The notes under the pieces are model-generated. The model saw nothing but the letters and a program-made list of their open reading frames with translations, was not told where the DNA came from and ran no database searches. The position numbers and the translations under genes are program-made. A stretch of DNA of 64,000 nt, taken from an uncultured Actinomycetes bacterium. GTDB lineage: Bacteria; Actinomycetota; Thermoleophilia; Gaiellales; Gaiellaceae. Positions within the stretch are counted from its first letter, which is position 1. Each line of letters begins with the position of its first letter. Shown in pieces: positions 48,009-56,629 of the stretch. Where the stretch lies: the NCBI GenBank assembly GCA_963728765.1, contig CAVSKX010000004.1:470137-534136 (forward strand). The letters run 5' to 3'.

Positions 48009-49142
48009 TTAGCCGAGGCCGAGCAGGTCGCGAATGCGCTGGCCGAGCAAGCTGATGAAATCACGCAGCCCGGGGGATGCGGCGACGGCGACGACCACGG
48101 CGCCGAGGCCGGCGACGGCGAACAGGATCAGCGGCCACAGACCGACCTGCCGGCTCACCAGCCGGGAGACACCCTTCGCGTCGATCAGGATCTCGCCGAC
48201 CTTGAGCCGTGTCACGAACGTCGAGGACATCCCCGCGCGGTCGCGCTCGAGGAACTCGGTCAGGTTGAAGTGCGTCCCGACGGCGACGATCAGCTCGGCG
48301 CCCTTCTCGAACGCGAGCAGCAGTGCGATGTCCTCGCTGATCCCGGGTGCGGAGACGGTCGAGTAGCCGAGGCCGAGGCGGTCGAGCCTGGGTGCGCCCG
48401 GTGCGGCGCCGTTGCGGTAGGCGTGCACGACGAGCTCCGCACCGTTGCGAAGCGCGTCGTCCGAGACGGAATCCATGTCGCCGACGATCACGTCCGGCTT
48501 CATGCCGGCCGCGAGCAGCGCGTCGGCGCCGCCGTCGACGCCGACGAGGACGGGCTTGAAGTCGCGCACGTAGGGCCGCACGATCGCGAGGTCGCGCTTG
48601 TAGCCGGGCCCTCGCGCGACGACGAGCGCGTGTCGCTCTCGGAAGCGCGTCTCGAGCGCGGGGAAGTCGATGCCCTGAGTGAGCAGCCGGCCCTCGTCGC
48701 GCAGATACCGCAGCGTGTTCTCGGCGAAGCCCTCGAGCGCCTCGGTGACGCGGCCCTGCTGCTCCGCGAGCGCGCGGTGGAGCTCCTCGGCGGCCAGCGA
48801 GCGGCCGTTCGCGAGGCAGGTGCCGTTGCGGAAGACGCTTGCGCCGCGCACGGTGACGTCCTCGCCGTCGTGGAGCTCGTCAAACAGCGCTGTCCCCGGG
48901 GCGTCGATCAGGCGGACGCCGCCCCGGACAAGCAGCAGCGGGCCGGGGTTCGGGAAGCGGCCGGTCTGCGACTGCGCGACGTTCACCACCACGCGTACGC
49001 CCGAGTCGAGCAGCTCCTCCGCCGAGACGCGGTCGATGTCCTGGTGGTCGATGATCGCGACGTCGTCGGGCCCGAGGCGGCTGACCAGGTTCTTCGTGCG
49101 CTTGCCCAGGCGTGCCCTGCCGGTGAACTCGACGAAGCTCAT
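48009..49142 (-). CDS. steA: SteA-like cytokinetic ring protein (thiamine pyrophosphokinase-like)
   Basis: 377 aa: GRARLGKRTKNLVSRLGPDDVAIIDHQDID, DVIVGDMDS, and a C-terminal TM segment. Overlaps the recN stop. Confidence 0.75.
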   Translation of the reverse strand: MSFVEFTGRARLGKRTKNLVSRLGPDDVAIIDHQDIDRVSAEELLDSGVRVVVNVAQSQTGRFPNPGPLLLVRGGVRLIDAPGTALFDELHDGEDVTVRGASVFRNGTCLANGRSLAAEELHRALAEQQGRVTEALEGFAENTLRYLRDEGRLLTQGIDFPALETRFRERHALVVARGPGYKRDLAIVRPYVRDFKPVLVGVDGGADALLAAGMKPDVIVGDMDSVSDDALRNGAELVVHAYRNGAAPGAPRLDRLGLGYSTVSAPGISEDIALLLAFEKGAELIVAVGTHFNLTEFLERDRAGMSSTFVTRLKVGEILIDAKGVSRLVSRQVGLWPLILFAVAGLGAVVVAVAASPGLRDFISLLGQRIRDLLGLG

Positions 49143-50773
49143 CGTTCTTGCTGGACGGCCGAGATGAACTGCTCGCCGCCGAGCATGCGCGTCAGCTCGT
49201 CGCGGCGCTCGTCCTCGGCCAGCTCGTCGATGGTGGTGTGCGTCGGGTCCCCAGGAACCTTCTCGACGCGGAAATGCCGGTCGGCGACGGACGCGATCTG
49301 CGGCAGGTGCGTGATCGTGATCACCTGAGCGCGGCCGGCGAGACGGCGGAGTGTCTCCCCTACCGCGTGTGCTGTGTGCCCGCCGATGCCGGCATCGATC
49401 TCGTCGAAAACCATCGTCTCGCCGCCGCCGACCGCCGCGATCGCGAGCGCGATCCGGGAGAGCTCGCCGCCGGAGGCCGTCTCCGCGACAGGGGCGAAGG
49501 GGAGGCCGGCGTTCGGCCGGATCAGGAAGGCGGCCTCGTCGGCGCCGGTCGGGCCGGGCTCGCGCTCGCGCAGCTCGACGCGGAACTCGCCGTCGCCCAG
49601 GCCGATGCCCTGCAGCTCCTCGGCGACCGCGGCCGCAAAGGGCTCGGCCGCCGCCGTGCGGTTTGAGCGCAACCCGGCGGCGAGCTTCTGGACGGTCGCT
49701 TCGGCCTCGGACAGCGCCTTTGCGGCGGCCGCGACCGGGTCGGCGCCGGCGTCGAGCGCCTGTAGCTCGGTGCGCGCCTCGGCCCCGCGCGCGAGCAGCT
49801 CCTCGGAGGTCTCGCAGCGGAAGCGCCTGCGCGCCGCGGCGATGCGGTCGAGCTCGGCCTCGACGTGCTCGAGGCGGTCCGGCTCCGCTTCGAGGGACGC
49901 GAGGAACGCACGCAGCTCGGAGGCGGTGTCGCGGAGGCGCAGCTCGACGTCACGGAGCTCGTTCCCGGCGCGCTCGAGCTCGGGTGCCAGGCGCTCCAGC
50001 GGGGCGACCGCGCGCTCGGCGGTCGCTGCGAGCCCGGCCGCACCGTCGCCGTCGTCCGGGGCGAGGGCCTCGCCTGCGGCGGCGGCGCCTTCCGCGAGCT
50101 CGGTGACGTGGCGCAGCCGTTCACGCTCGGCGCGCAGCTCGTCCTCTGTGGTGGCCTCGAGGCCCTCCGTGTCCTCGACGAGCGCCCGTAACTCCGCCAG
50201 GCGCGCCTCCGCGGCGGCGGCGTCCTGGGTCAGCTCGTCGTGGCGCCGGCGCGCCGCCGCGAGCTCGCGCCAGGCGATTCGTAGCTCGGAACGTCGCCGC
50301 TGCTGCTCGTCGCCCGCGAACGCGTCGAGCACGTCGAGCTGGTACGCCGGCCGGGCGAGGCGGCGCTGCTCGAACTGGCCCGACATGGCGATCAGCCGCT
50401 CGGCCGCCGCTGCGACGTCCTCGCGGGCGGCGCTCCGGCCCCACGCGTACGCGCGCGTTCGACCGTCCGGGAAGACGCGGCGCGCGAGAACGAGACCGTC
50501 CTCGTCCTGGGGGCGCAGTTCGGCGAGAGCGCCCAGCTCGTCGTCGTCGAAGAACCCCAGGGGCGGGTCGAGCTCGGCCTCGACGTAGGCCTCGTCGCCG
50601 TCGGGCCCGACGAGCGCCGCGTCGCCGCGGGCGCCGAGCAGCAGGCCGATCGCCTGGGCGAGGATCGTCTTGCCGGCACCGGTCTCGCCGGTGATCGCGT
50701 TGAGCGCCGGGCCGAAGGCGAGCTCGACCCGGCGGATGAGGACCAGGTTGTCGATGCGCAGGCGCCGAAGCAC
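49139..50773 (-). CDS. recN: DNA repair protein RecN
   Basis: 544 aa. Walker A ITGETGAGKT, a long coiled coil, the signature ASGGELSRIALA, and Walker B MVFDEIDAG. Confidence 0.95.
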   Translation of the reverse strand: MLRRLRIDNLVLIRRVELAFGPALNAITGETGAGKTILAQAIGLLLGARGDAALVGPDGDEAYVEAELDPPLGFFDDDELGALAELRPQDEDGLVLARRVFPDGRTRAYAWGRSAAREDVAAAAERLIAMSGQFEQRRLARPAYQLDVLDAFAGDEQQRRRSELRIAWRELAAARRRHDELTQDAAAAEARLAELRALVEDTEGLEATTEDELRAERERLRHVTELAEGAAAAGEALAPDDGDGAAGLAATAERAVAPLERLAPELERAGNELRDVELRLRDTASELRAFLASLEAEPDRLEHVEAELDRIAAARRRFRCETSEELLARGAEARTELQALDAGADPVAAAAKALSEAEATVQKLAAGLRSNRTAAAEPFAAAVAEELQGIGLGDGEFRVELREREPGPTGADEAAFLIRPNAGLPFAPVAETASGGELSRIALAIAAVGGGETMVFDEIDAGIGGHTAHAVGETLRRLAGRAQVITITHLPQIASVADRHFRVEKVPGDPTHTTIDELAEDERRDELTRMLGGEQFISAVQQER

Positions 50774-50779
50774 GCCTGG

Positions 50780-50785
50780 ATGCTA
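50780..50785 (-). promoter_or_regulatory. Candidate -10 box (TAGCAT) 6 nt upstream of the recN GTG; leaderless
   Basis: Minus strand reads GGACG-TAGCAT-CCAGGC-GTG (50773). Confidence 0.35.
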
Positions 50786-50858
50786 CGTCCGCTCGACCGG
50801 CGCGGCGACCCGCAGAAACAGCCGAGTGCCGGCGCCGCGTTTTCTGTTCACGCGCGCA

Positions 50859-50913
50859 CCCCTGGGTGGGTGGGGGTTAGGGACGGTACCGGTCGTGAGC
50901 GCACGAGTGTGTG
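50859..50913 (-). promoter_or_regulatory. Bipartite element R4: promoter-like half conserved, C-rich instead of G-rich downstream box, sense to recN
   Basis: Minus strand: CACACACTCGTGCG-N11-TACCGT-CCCTAACCCCCACCCACCCAGGGG. Confidence 0.45.
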
Positions 50914-50940
50914 ACGGAAATGTGGCGATTATGTGCCTCT

Positions 50941-51801
50941 TTACTCGGCTACGAAGGTGCGCCGGTAGCGCGTGAAGAACGTCTCCTCCGGGAGCGTTGC
51001 GAGCATGCTGCTCTGCTCCGAGAGGCGCGCCTCCACCTGGTCGCCTGGAGCCAGCTCGTGCACCGCGTGCCCGTCGACCAGCACGGTCGCCCCCACCCCG
51101 GCCGTGCGGTTCGTGACGGTCAGCTCGCGGCCCCGCGGGACGACGAGCGGTCGAGCGTGCAGCGAGTGCGGCGCGACGAACGTGAGCGCCATGGCCTCGA
51201 GGCCCCAAACGAGCACCGGACCGCCGTTCGACAGGTTGTACGCGGTTGACCCCGAGGGCGTCGAGCAGATCAGCCCGTCGCACGGCAATGCCCCGAGATC
51301 CTCACCGCCGATCGCCCACCCGAGCTCGATCATCCGGCCGAGCGTCGAGCTCGCGACGACGACGTCGTTAACCGCCTGCCAGGTCCCGCCGCCCGCCGAG
51401 GCCTCCAGCGCCGGCAGCTCGACGACGTCGAACTCCCCCGCGAACGCTCGCCCGACGCCCGCCTCGAGCTCATCGGCCCCGGCCGAGGCCAGGAAGCCGA
51501 CGCGCCCGAAGTTGACGCCGAACACCGGCACGGCCGTCCCAAGGAACGTCTTCAGCGCGCGGAGCATCGTCCCATCGCCACCCAGCACGACGGCGAGATC
51601 CGCCGAGGTCACGTCGCCGGCCGCACCGTCGCCGTGCTTCGCGACCTCTTCTTCGGGCAGCACCAGCTCGACGCCGCGCTCGTCCGCGAGCCCCCGCAGG
51701 CGCTCCAGCGGCTCGCGTACCGTCTCCGCCCGCCCGAGCGTGATCACAGCCGCCCGCCGCACTTCAGGCTGTCGCGTCGTCGATCCAGTGCTCGAGCTCA
51801 T
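50941..51801 (-). CDS. nadK: NAD kinase
   Basis: 286 aa: VVLGGDGTML, GVNFGRVGFL, STPSGSTAYNLS. An alternative GTG start at 51762 sits just after the tlyA stop. Confidence 0.9.
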   Translation of the reverse strand: MSSSTGSTTRQPEVRRAAVITLGRAETVREPLERLRGLADERGVELVLPEEEVAKHGDGAAGDVTSADLAVVLGGDGTMLRALKTFLGTAVPVFGVNFGRVGFLASAGADELEAGVGRAFAGEFDVVELPALEASAGGGTWQAVNDVVVASSTLGRMIELGWAIGGEDLGALPCDGLICSTPSGSTAYNLSNGGPVLVWGLEAMALTFVAPHSLHARPLVVPRGRELTVTNRTAGVGATVLVDGHAVHELAPGDQVEARLSEQSSMLATLPEETFFTRYRRTFVAE

Positions 51802-52525
51802 CGGGAATCTCCGGCCGCTCGCGCTGCACGAGTTGCAGGAAGAACTCGCGGTTCCCCTTCGGGCCGGGCAGGCCGGAGTCTACGACGCCGCGCACCTCGG
51901 CTCCCCAAGCCGCCGCTTCCTCCGCCACTTCGCGCAGCACGCGCCGCCAGACCTCGCCGTCACGCACCACGCCCCGCCGGGCCTCTCCCCGCGCGGCCTC
52001 GAACTGCGGCTTCACGAGCACCACGGCCTCCCAGCCCGGCGCCGCAACCCTGAGCGCCGGCGGCATCGCTTTCCGCACGCTGATGAACGAGACGTCGCAG
52101 ACGACGAGCTCGGGCGCGAAGGGCAGCTCTCGCAGATCGCGCACGTTCAGCCGCTCGAGCACCGTCACGCGCGGGTCCTCCCGGATGCGCGGGTGCAGCT
52201 GCCCGTAGCCCACGTCGAGCGCGACCACCCGGGCCGCGCCGCGCTGCAGGAGCACGTCGGTGAAGCCGCCGGTCGAGGCGCCCACGTCGAGGCAGTCGCG
52301 CCTGTCAGGGTCGACGCCGAACGCATCGAGGGCGTTCGCGAGCTTCTCGCCCCCACGTGACACGTATCTCTGAGGCTCCGTCACCGCCAGCTCGGCCGAC
52401 TCGTCGACCTGCTGCCCCGCCTTCTCGTAGCCGGGGACGCGGCCTGCGAGCACCAGTGCCTGCGCCTGCGCACGGCTCTCCGCGAGCCCCCGCTCCACAA
52501 GCAGGACGTCGAGGCGTTTCTTCAA
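51764..52525 (-). CDS. tlyA: TlyA-family rRNA 2'-O-methyltransferase
   Basis: 253 aa. S4 domain KKRLDVLLVERGL, YVSRGGEKL, and the SAM motif LDVGASTGGFTD. Confidence 0.9.
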   Translation of the reverse strand: MKKRLDVLLVERGLAESRAQAQALVLAGRVPGYEKAGQQVDESAELAVTEPQRYVSRGGEKLANALDAFGVDPDRRDCLDVGASTGGFTDVLLQRGAARVVALDVGYGQLHPRIREDPRVTVLERLNVRDLRELPFAPELVVCDVSFISVRKAMPPALRVAAPGWEAVVLVKPQFEAARGEARRGVVRDGEVWRRVLREVAEEAAAWGAEVRGVVDSGLPGPKGNREFFLQLVQRERPEIPDELEHWIDDATA

Positions 52526-53481
52526 GAGGCGACGGAGAGCACGGCATCCCAGGCGAGCTCAGACGCGACGACGCCCAGAGAGGTGGTGTCGAGCAGCGGG
52601 TCGCTTTCAACCGCGCCCGTGGTGACGGCGAAGAGCACGTCGCCGTCCTCCAGCGCGTGGAATGGCTGGATCGCACGCGCCATCGAGGCATGCACCTGTC
52701 GCCCGAGCGTCCGCAGCTGCCGCGAATCGAGCCGAAGGTTCGTCGCCACGACCGTGAGCGTGGTGTTCCCAGGCGGCGGTCGCACCGGCTGCCCGCCGGT
52801 GAGCCGCTCCTCCACGCCGGGCACCAGCTTCCGCCGCAGACCGCTCTTCGCGTCGTAGTGGCCGCGCACGACGTTGCCGTCACGGTCGACGATCGCCCCG
52901 ACCGCGTTGACGACGACGAAGACCGCGACCCTCGTCTCGCCGATTCGGCGGAACGCCGCGCCCTGCCCGGCGGGCTCCCCTTCGTCGACGGCGAAGAGCT
53001 TCCCGGCGGTGGCAGATCGCCCCGCCCCGCGCGCGCCGAGCGGGAACGCACCGGGACGCGCCGCCCGCAGCGCCGCCCTGCCCAGTTCCTTGTCGGGGTA
53101 GATCGCGTTGTCGCGCCGACCCCAGTCGAAGACGATCGCGCCGGCGACGAGCGGGATCTCGAGCCACCCGGTGCGGTACTCCCGCCGCGCGAAGAGCTCG
53201 GCCGCGACCCCGGCCGTCGCCTCGAGCCCGTAGGCCGACCCGCCGGCGAGGCAGATCGCGTGGACGAGGTCGTATCCCGCGCCGGTCACGCCGGGCGAAC
53301 CGCCGCGCACGTCGATCGACGCCGCGGCGCCGTCCTGGAGCGAGAAGACGGTGCACCCGGTCGGCCCTTCGTCGTACTCGGCGACCCCGATCTCCAGGCC
53401 CGGGAAGTCGAAGCGGAGCTCGCGGCCGTCGAACGAGGTGCGCGGAGTCAGCTCCGCCGTGTCGTTGGTCAGCCGCGCCAC
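52522..53481 (-). CDS. Peptidase family S58 (DmpA / P1 aminopeptidase-like)
   Basis: 319 aa: GPTGCTVF, DVRGGSPG, ICLAGGSAYGLEA, NTTLTVVATN. Confidence 0.75.
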   Translation of the reverse strand: MARLTNDTAELTPRTSFDGRELRFDFPGLEIGVAEYDEGPTGCTVFSLQDGAAASIDVRGGSPGVTGAGYDLVHAICLAGGSAYGLEATAGVAAELFARREYRTGWLEIPLVAGAIVFDWGRRDNAIYPDKELGRAALRAARPGAFPLGARGAGRSATAGKLFAVDEGEPAGQGAAFRRIGETRVAVFVVVNAVGAIVDRDGNVVRGHYDAKSGLRRKLVPGVEERLTGGQPVRPPPGNTTLTVVATNLRLDSRQLRTLGRQVHASMARAIQPFHALEDGDVLFAVTTGAVESDPLLDTTSLGVVASELAWDAVLSVAS

Positions 53482-53484
53482 CGG

Positions 53485-54255
53485 CTACGACGTTCGCGCG
53501 GCGAGACCCGTGACGATCCCCGCCAGCACGGACGTATCGGCGTCGACCTCCGCCAGCCGCGCCTGCGCGCGCTCCGCCGTCTCGTCGGCGAGCGCGCGGG
53601 CTCCGTCAGCCCCGCGCTCGAGCAGGTAGCCATCCTCGTCGAGGATATCGTCGACGATCTGGAAGAGCAGCCCGACTTCGTCCGCGAAGGCACGCCAGGG
53701 TTTCTGCTCGCCCTCGGGCACCTCGGCCACCCAGAGCGCGCAGGCCACCGACGCCGAGAACAGGCAGCCTGTCTTCAGCTGGTGCAGCGCGGCGAGATCC
53801 TGCTCGCCGCCCGTGATGTCCAGGTACTGGCCGCCGATCATCCCCAGCGTCGCCTGGACGAGCTCGCGCGCGACCGGCGGCGAGGGGTACGAGAGCACCA
53901 GCCGTAGCGCCTCTGCGAGCAGCGCGTCGCCGGCGAGGATTGCCACCGCCTCCCCGTGCGCCGCCCACGTGCTGGGCCGCCCGCGCCGCACCTCGTCGTC
54001 GTCGAGCGCCGGCAGGTCGTCGTGGACGAGCGAGAACGAGTGCACCAGCTCGAGCGCCGCGGCAGCCGGCAGCGCGGCCTCGGGCTCGGCGCCCGCCGCC
54101 TCCGCGGTCGCAAGGCAGAGCACGGGCCGGATGCGCTTGCCCCCGCCCTCCAGCGCATAGCGCATCGACGCATCAAGGCCGCCGACCTCGGGGGTCAGCG
54201 CCAGGTCGGCAAGGTACGACTCGACGAGCGCGCGCAGCTCCTCGGGCGTGTTCAC
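53485..54255 (-). CDS. ispA: Short-chain polyprenyl (farnesyl/geranylgeranyl) diphosphate synthase
   Basis: FARM motif LVHDDLPALDDDEVRRG and SARM motif FQIVDDILD. Confidence 0.85.
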   Translation of the reverse strand: MNTPEELRALVESYLADLALTPEVGGLDASMRYALEGGGKRIRPVLCLATAEAAGAEPEAALPAAAALELVHSFSLVHDDLPALDDDEVRRGRPSTWAAHGEAVAILAGDALLAEALRLVLSYPSPPVARELVQATLGMIGGQYLDITGGEQDLAALHQLKTGCLFSASVACALWVAEVPEGEQKPWRAFADEVGLLFQIVDDILDEDGYLLERGADGARALADETAERAQARLAEVDADTSVLAGIVTGLAARTS

Positions 54256-54437
54256 CCTTCGGCCTCCCGTTTGGCCTGCTGCAGCTGCGCCTCGACCTCC
54301 TTGGCGATCTCCGAGAGCTCCGTCAGCACCTCGATCGCCTCGTCGGGATCCGTCGTCTCCTCGAGCCGCGCGCGCGTGCGCTCGAGCCGGTCGAGCAGCT
54401 CTTCCGCGTTCTTGAGCCGCTCCTCGGCGCCGCTCAT
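54252..54437 (-). CDS. xseB: Exodeoxyribonuclease VII small subunit
   Basis: 61 aa, helical (LKNAEELLDRLE ...). ATGA overlap with nusB. Position before ispA as in Bacillus. Confidence 0.8.
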   Translation of the reverse strand: MSGAEERLKNAEELLDRLERTRARLEETTDPDEAIEVLTELSEIAKEVEAQLQQAKREAEG

Positions 54438-54808
54438 GCCGCTGCCTCTCGCACGATCTTGCCGAGTATGCCGTTCACCAACCTGCCCGCGTCCTCCGAG
54501 GAGTAGCGCTTGGCGAGCGTAACGGCCTCGTCGATCGCCACCTCCACGGGGATCTCGCCACGGTCGAGCTCGAGAATCGCCATCCGCAGGATGTTGCGCT
54601 CGAGCGCGCCGAGCCGGTCGGCGGTCCAGTCGTCGGCCGCCGCGGTGATGCGTGCGTCGAGCTCCTCGTGGCGCTCGACCACGTCCTCGGCAAGCTTCCG
54701 CGAGAAGTCTGGAACGTCGCCCTCGAACAGCGACGCGAGCTCTTGCCCGGTCACGTCCCACTGATAGAGGAGGACGAGTGCCGTCCGGCGGTCGGCCCGG
54801 CGACTCAC
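54434..54808 (-). CDS. nusB: Transcription antitermination factor NusB
   Basis: GTG 54808 gives (M)SRRADRRTALVLLYQWD ... ERNILRMAILEL ... AVTLAKRYSSEDAGRLVNGILG. Confidence 0.85.
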   Translation of the reverse strand: MSRRADRRTALVLLYQWDVTGQELASLFEGDVPDFSRKLAEDVVERHEELDARITAAADDWTADRLGALERNILRMAILELDRGEIPVEVAIDEAVTLAKRYSSEDAGRLVNGILGKIVREAAA

Positions 54809-55110
54809 GCGACTTCCTCGATCTCCACGTCCACGCGCTCGACCTCGAGCCCGCCCGTCTGCGCCAGCGCCTCCGCGACGCGCTCCTGCACCGACCGCGC
54901 GAGCTCGGGCATCGCCGCGCCGTGGCGGACCGAGAGCTCCAGCGTGACCGAGGCCCGGCCGTCGGCGTGCTGGATCTCGAGGCCGCGCCTCGGGCGCCGC
55001 AGCCGCGCGCCGTCGACCGAGGAGACGGCCTGCGCGACCAGCCGCGAGAGCGCCGCGGCCGTCACGGTCACCGAGCCCGCGGCACTGCGGAAGACGAGCG
55101 GTTCGGTCAC
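54805..55110 (-). CDS. Asp23/Gls24-family protein
   Basis: 101 aa from GTG 55110. GSVTVTAAALSRLVAQAV ... VDVEIEEV pattern. accC-asp23-nusB order. Confidence 0.75.
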   Translation of the reverse strand: MTEPLVFRSAAGSVTVTAAALSRLVAQAVSSVDGARLRRPRRGLEIQHADGRASVTLELSVRHGAAMPELARSVQERVAEALAQTGGLEVERVDVEIEEVA

Positions 55111-56465
55111 GACCCGGCCATCGCCGGCAGCCGGTCCGCCGCCTCGGCGAGGTAGTCGGTCGAGTAGCGCCCGCTGCCGAACTCCTCGCTGCGCAGGATG
55201 TCGATCGCCAGCTCGCGCGTCGTCGGCACGCCCTCGAGCACGAGCTCGCCCAGCGCGCACAACCCCCGGTCGATCGCCTGCGGCCGGATCTCGTCACGGA
55301 CCACCACCTTGCCGAGCAGTGAGTCGTAGTGCGGCGGCACGACATAGCCCTCCTCGACGTGCGTGTCGAGCCGCACTCCGGGCCCGAGCGGCGGGCGGAA
55401 CCGCGTCACGCGCCCCGGCGCAGGCGCGAAGTCGTTGCGCGGGTCCTCGGCGTTGAGGCGGATCTCGAGCGCGTGCCCTCGGCGCTCGGCCCGGCCGGTG
55501 CGATCGAGCGCCTCGCCGGACGCGACCCGCAGCTGCTCGCGCACGAGATCCATGCCCGTGACCATCTCCGTCACCGGATGCTCCACCTGGAGCCGCGCGT
55601 TCAGCTCGATGAAGTAGAACGAGCGGTCCGGGCCGAGCAGGAACTCGAAGGTGCCGGCATTGCGGTAGCCGATCGCGTGACAGGCATGCTCGGCGGCGGC
55701 CTCCATCGCCTCGCGCGTCTCGGGATCGAGCGCCGGCGAGGGCGACTCCTCGATCAGCTTCTGGTGGCGCCGCTGGATCGAGCACTCGCGCTCCCCGAGC
55801 GTCAGCACGCCGCCCTGCCCGTCCGCGATCACCTGGATCTCGACGTGCCGGGCAGGCGACACCGCCTTCTCGAGGTACAGGCTGCCGTCGCCGAACGCGG
55901 CCTCCGCCTCCATCGAGGCCATCCCGAATGCGGCTTCGAGCTGGTCCGGGTGGCGAACGAGGCGCATGCCCTTGCCGCCTCCGCCGGCCGACGCCTTGAG
56001 CAGCACCGGGTAGCCGACCTCGGCTGCTGCGGCACGCGCCTCCTCGACGCTCGCCGACCCCTCGGTGCCCGGCACGAGCGGCACGCCCGCATCGCGCATC
56101 TCGAGCTTCGCCTGCACCTTGTCGCCCATTCGCGCCATCAGGTCCGCGTCCGGCCCGACGAAGACGAGGTCGTTGTCCGCACAGGCCTCGACGAAGGCGG
56201 GGTTCTCGGCGAGGAAGCCGTAGCCGGGGTGCACCGCCTCGCAGCCGGTGGTGGTGGCCGCTGCGACGAGCGACGGGATCTTCAGGTAGCTCTCGGTCGC
56301 CGCAGGCGGGCCGACGCACACGGCTCGGTCCGCGAGGCGCACGTGCAGCGCGTCGGCGTCGGCGGTCGAGTAGACGGCGACCGCTTCGACGTCGTTCTCG
56401 TGCAGCGCGCGGATCACGCGGACGGCGATCTCGCCGCGGTTCGCCACCAGCACCCGCTTGAACAT
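55107..56465 (-). CDS. accC: Biotin carboxylase
   Basis: Starts MFKRVLVANRGEIAVRVIRA. ATP-grasp KASAGGGGKGMR. FIELNARLQVEHPVTE. Confidence 0.95.
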   Translation of the reverse strand: MFKRVLVANRGEIAVRVIRALHENDVEAVAVYSTADADALHVRLADRAVCVGPPAATESYLKIPSLVAAATTTGCEAVHPGYGFLAENPAFVEACADNDLVFVGPDADLMARMGDKVQAKLEMRDAGVPLVPGTEGSASVEEARAAAAEVGYPVLLKASAGGGGKGMRLVRHPDQLEAAFGMASMEAEAAFGDGSLYLEKAVSPARHVEIQVIADGQGGVLTLGERECSIQRRHQKLIEESPSPALDPETREAMEAAAEHACHAIGYRNAGTFEFLLGPDRSFYFIELNARLQVEHPVTEMVTGMDLVREQLRVASGEALDRTGRAERRGHALEIRLNAEDPRNDFAPAPGRVTRFRPPLGPGVRLDTHVEEGYVVPPHYDSLLGKVVVRDEIRPQAIDRGLCALGELVLEGVPTTRELAIDILRSEEFGSGRYSTDYLAEAADRLPAMAGS

Positions 56466-56629
56466 CAGTGGTTCGCCTGGCCCCGTTTTCGGATTTCTGG
56501 CGAGCGAAAAGCAAGCCAGGCTAGGACGCAGGGAGCGCTCGTACCTGGAAGGTACGGGCGCGACTGAGGACGACGCATGGCGCCGCTTTGCAGCCGCCAG
56601 AAACCGAAAGGCCGGGTCTGGCGAGCCAC
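56466..56629 (-). promoter_or_regulatory. Structured inter-cistronic leader with mutually exclusive hairpins
   Basis: On the mRNA strand, a central UCUGGCG (56601-56595) can pair with CGCCAGA either upstream (56623-56617) or about 90 nt downstream (56503-56497). The inner hairpin is CGUACCU-UCC-AGGUACG. Confidence 0.35.

Noticed and set aside
50864-50882. Canonical G-quadruplex motif GGGTGGGTGGGGGTTAGGG on the + strand between nadK and recN.
   Set aside because: G-runs are frequent in DNA this GC-rich. This one is the complement of the C-rich box of element R4, so it is reported there rather than as an independent feature.
50774-50940. LexA box or RecA-NDp-type promoter upstream of recN.
   Set aside because: Only a GAAC half-site (TGAACAGAAAAC) is present. 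The spacing of CGGTCGAGC relative to TAGCAT does not fit the TTGTCRGTG-N8-TANNNT pattern as I recall it.
56463-56578. 37-codon upstream ORF (MRRPQSRPYLPGTSAPCVLAWLAFRSPEIRKRGQANH) ending in TGATG at the accC start.
   Set aside because: Third-position G/C is only about 21 of 36 codons, against nearly all codons in real genes here, and there is no SD. It is more likely chance within a structured leader. It cannot be excluded without ribosome profiling.
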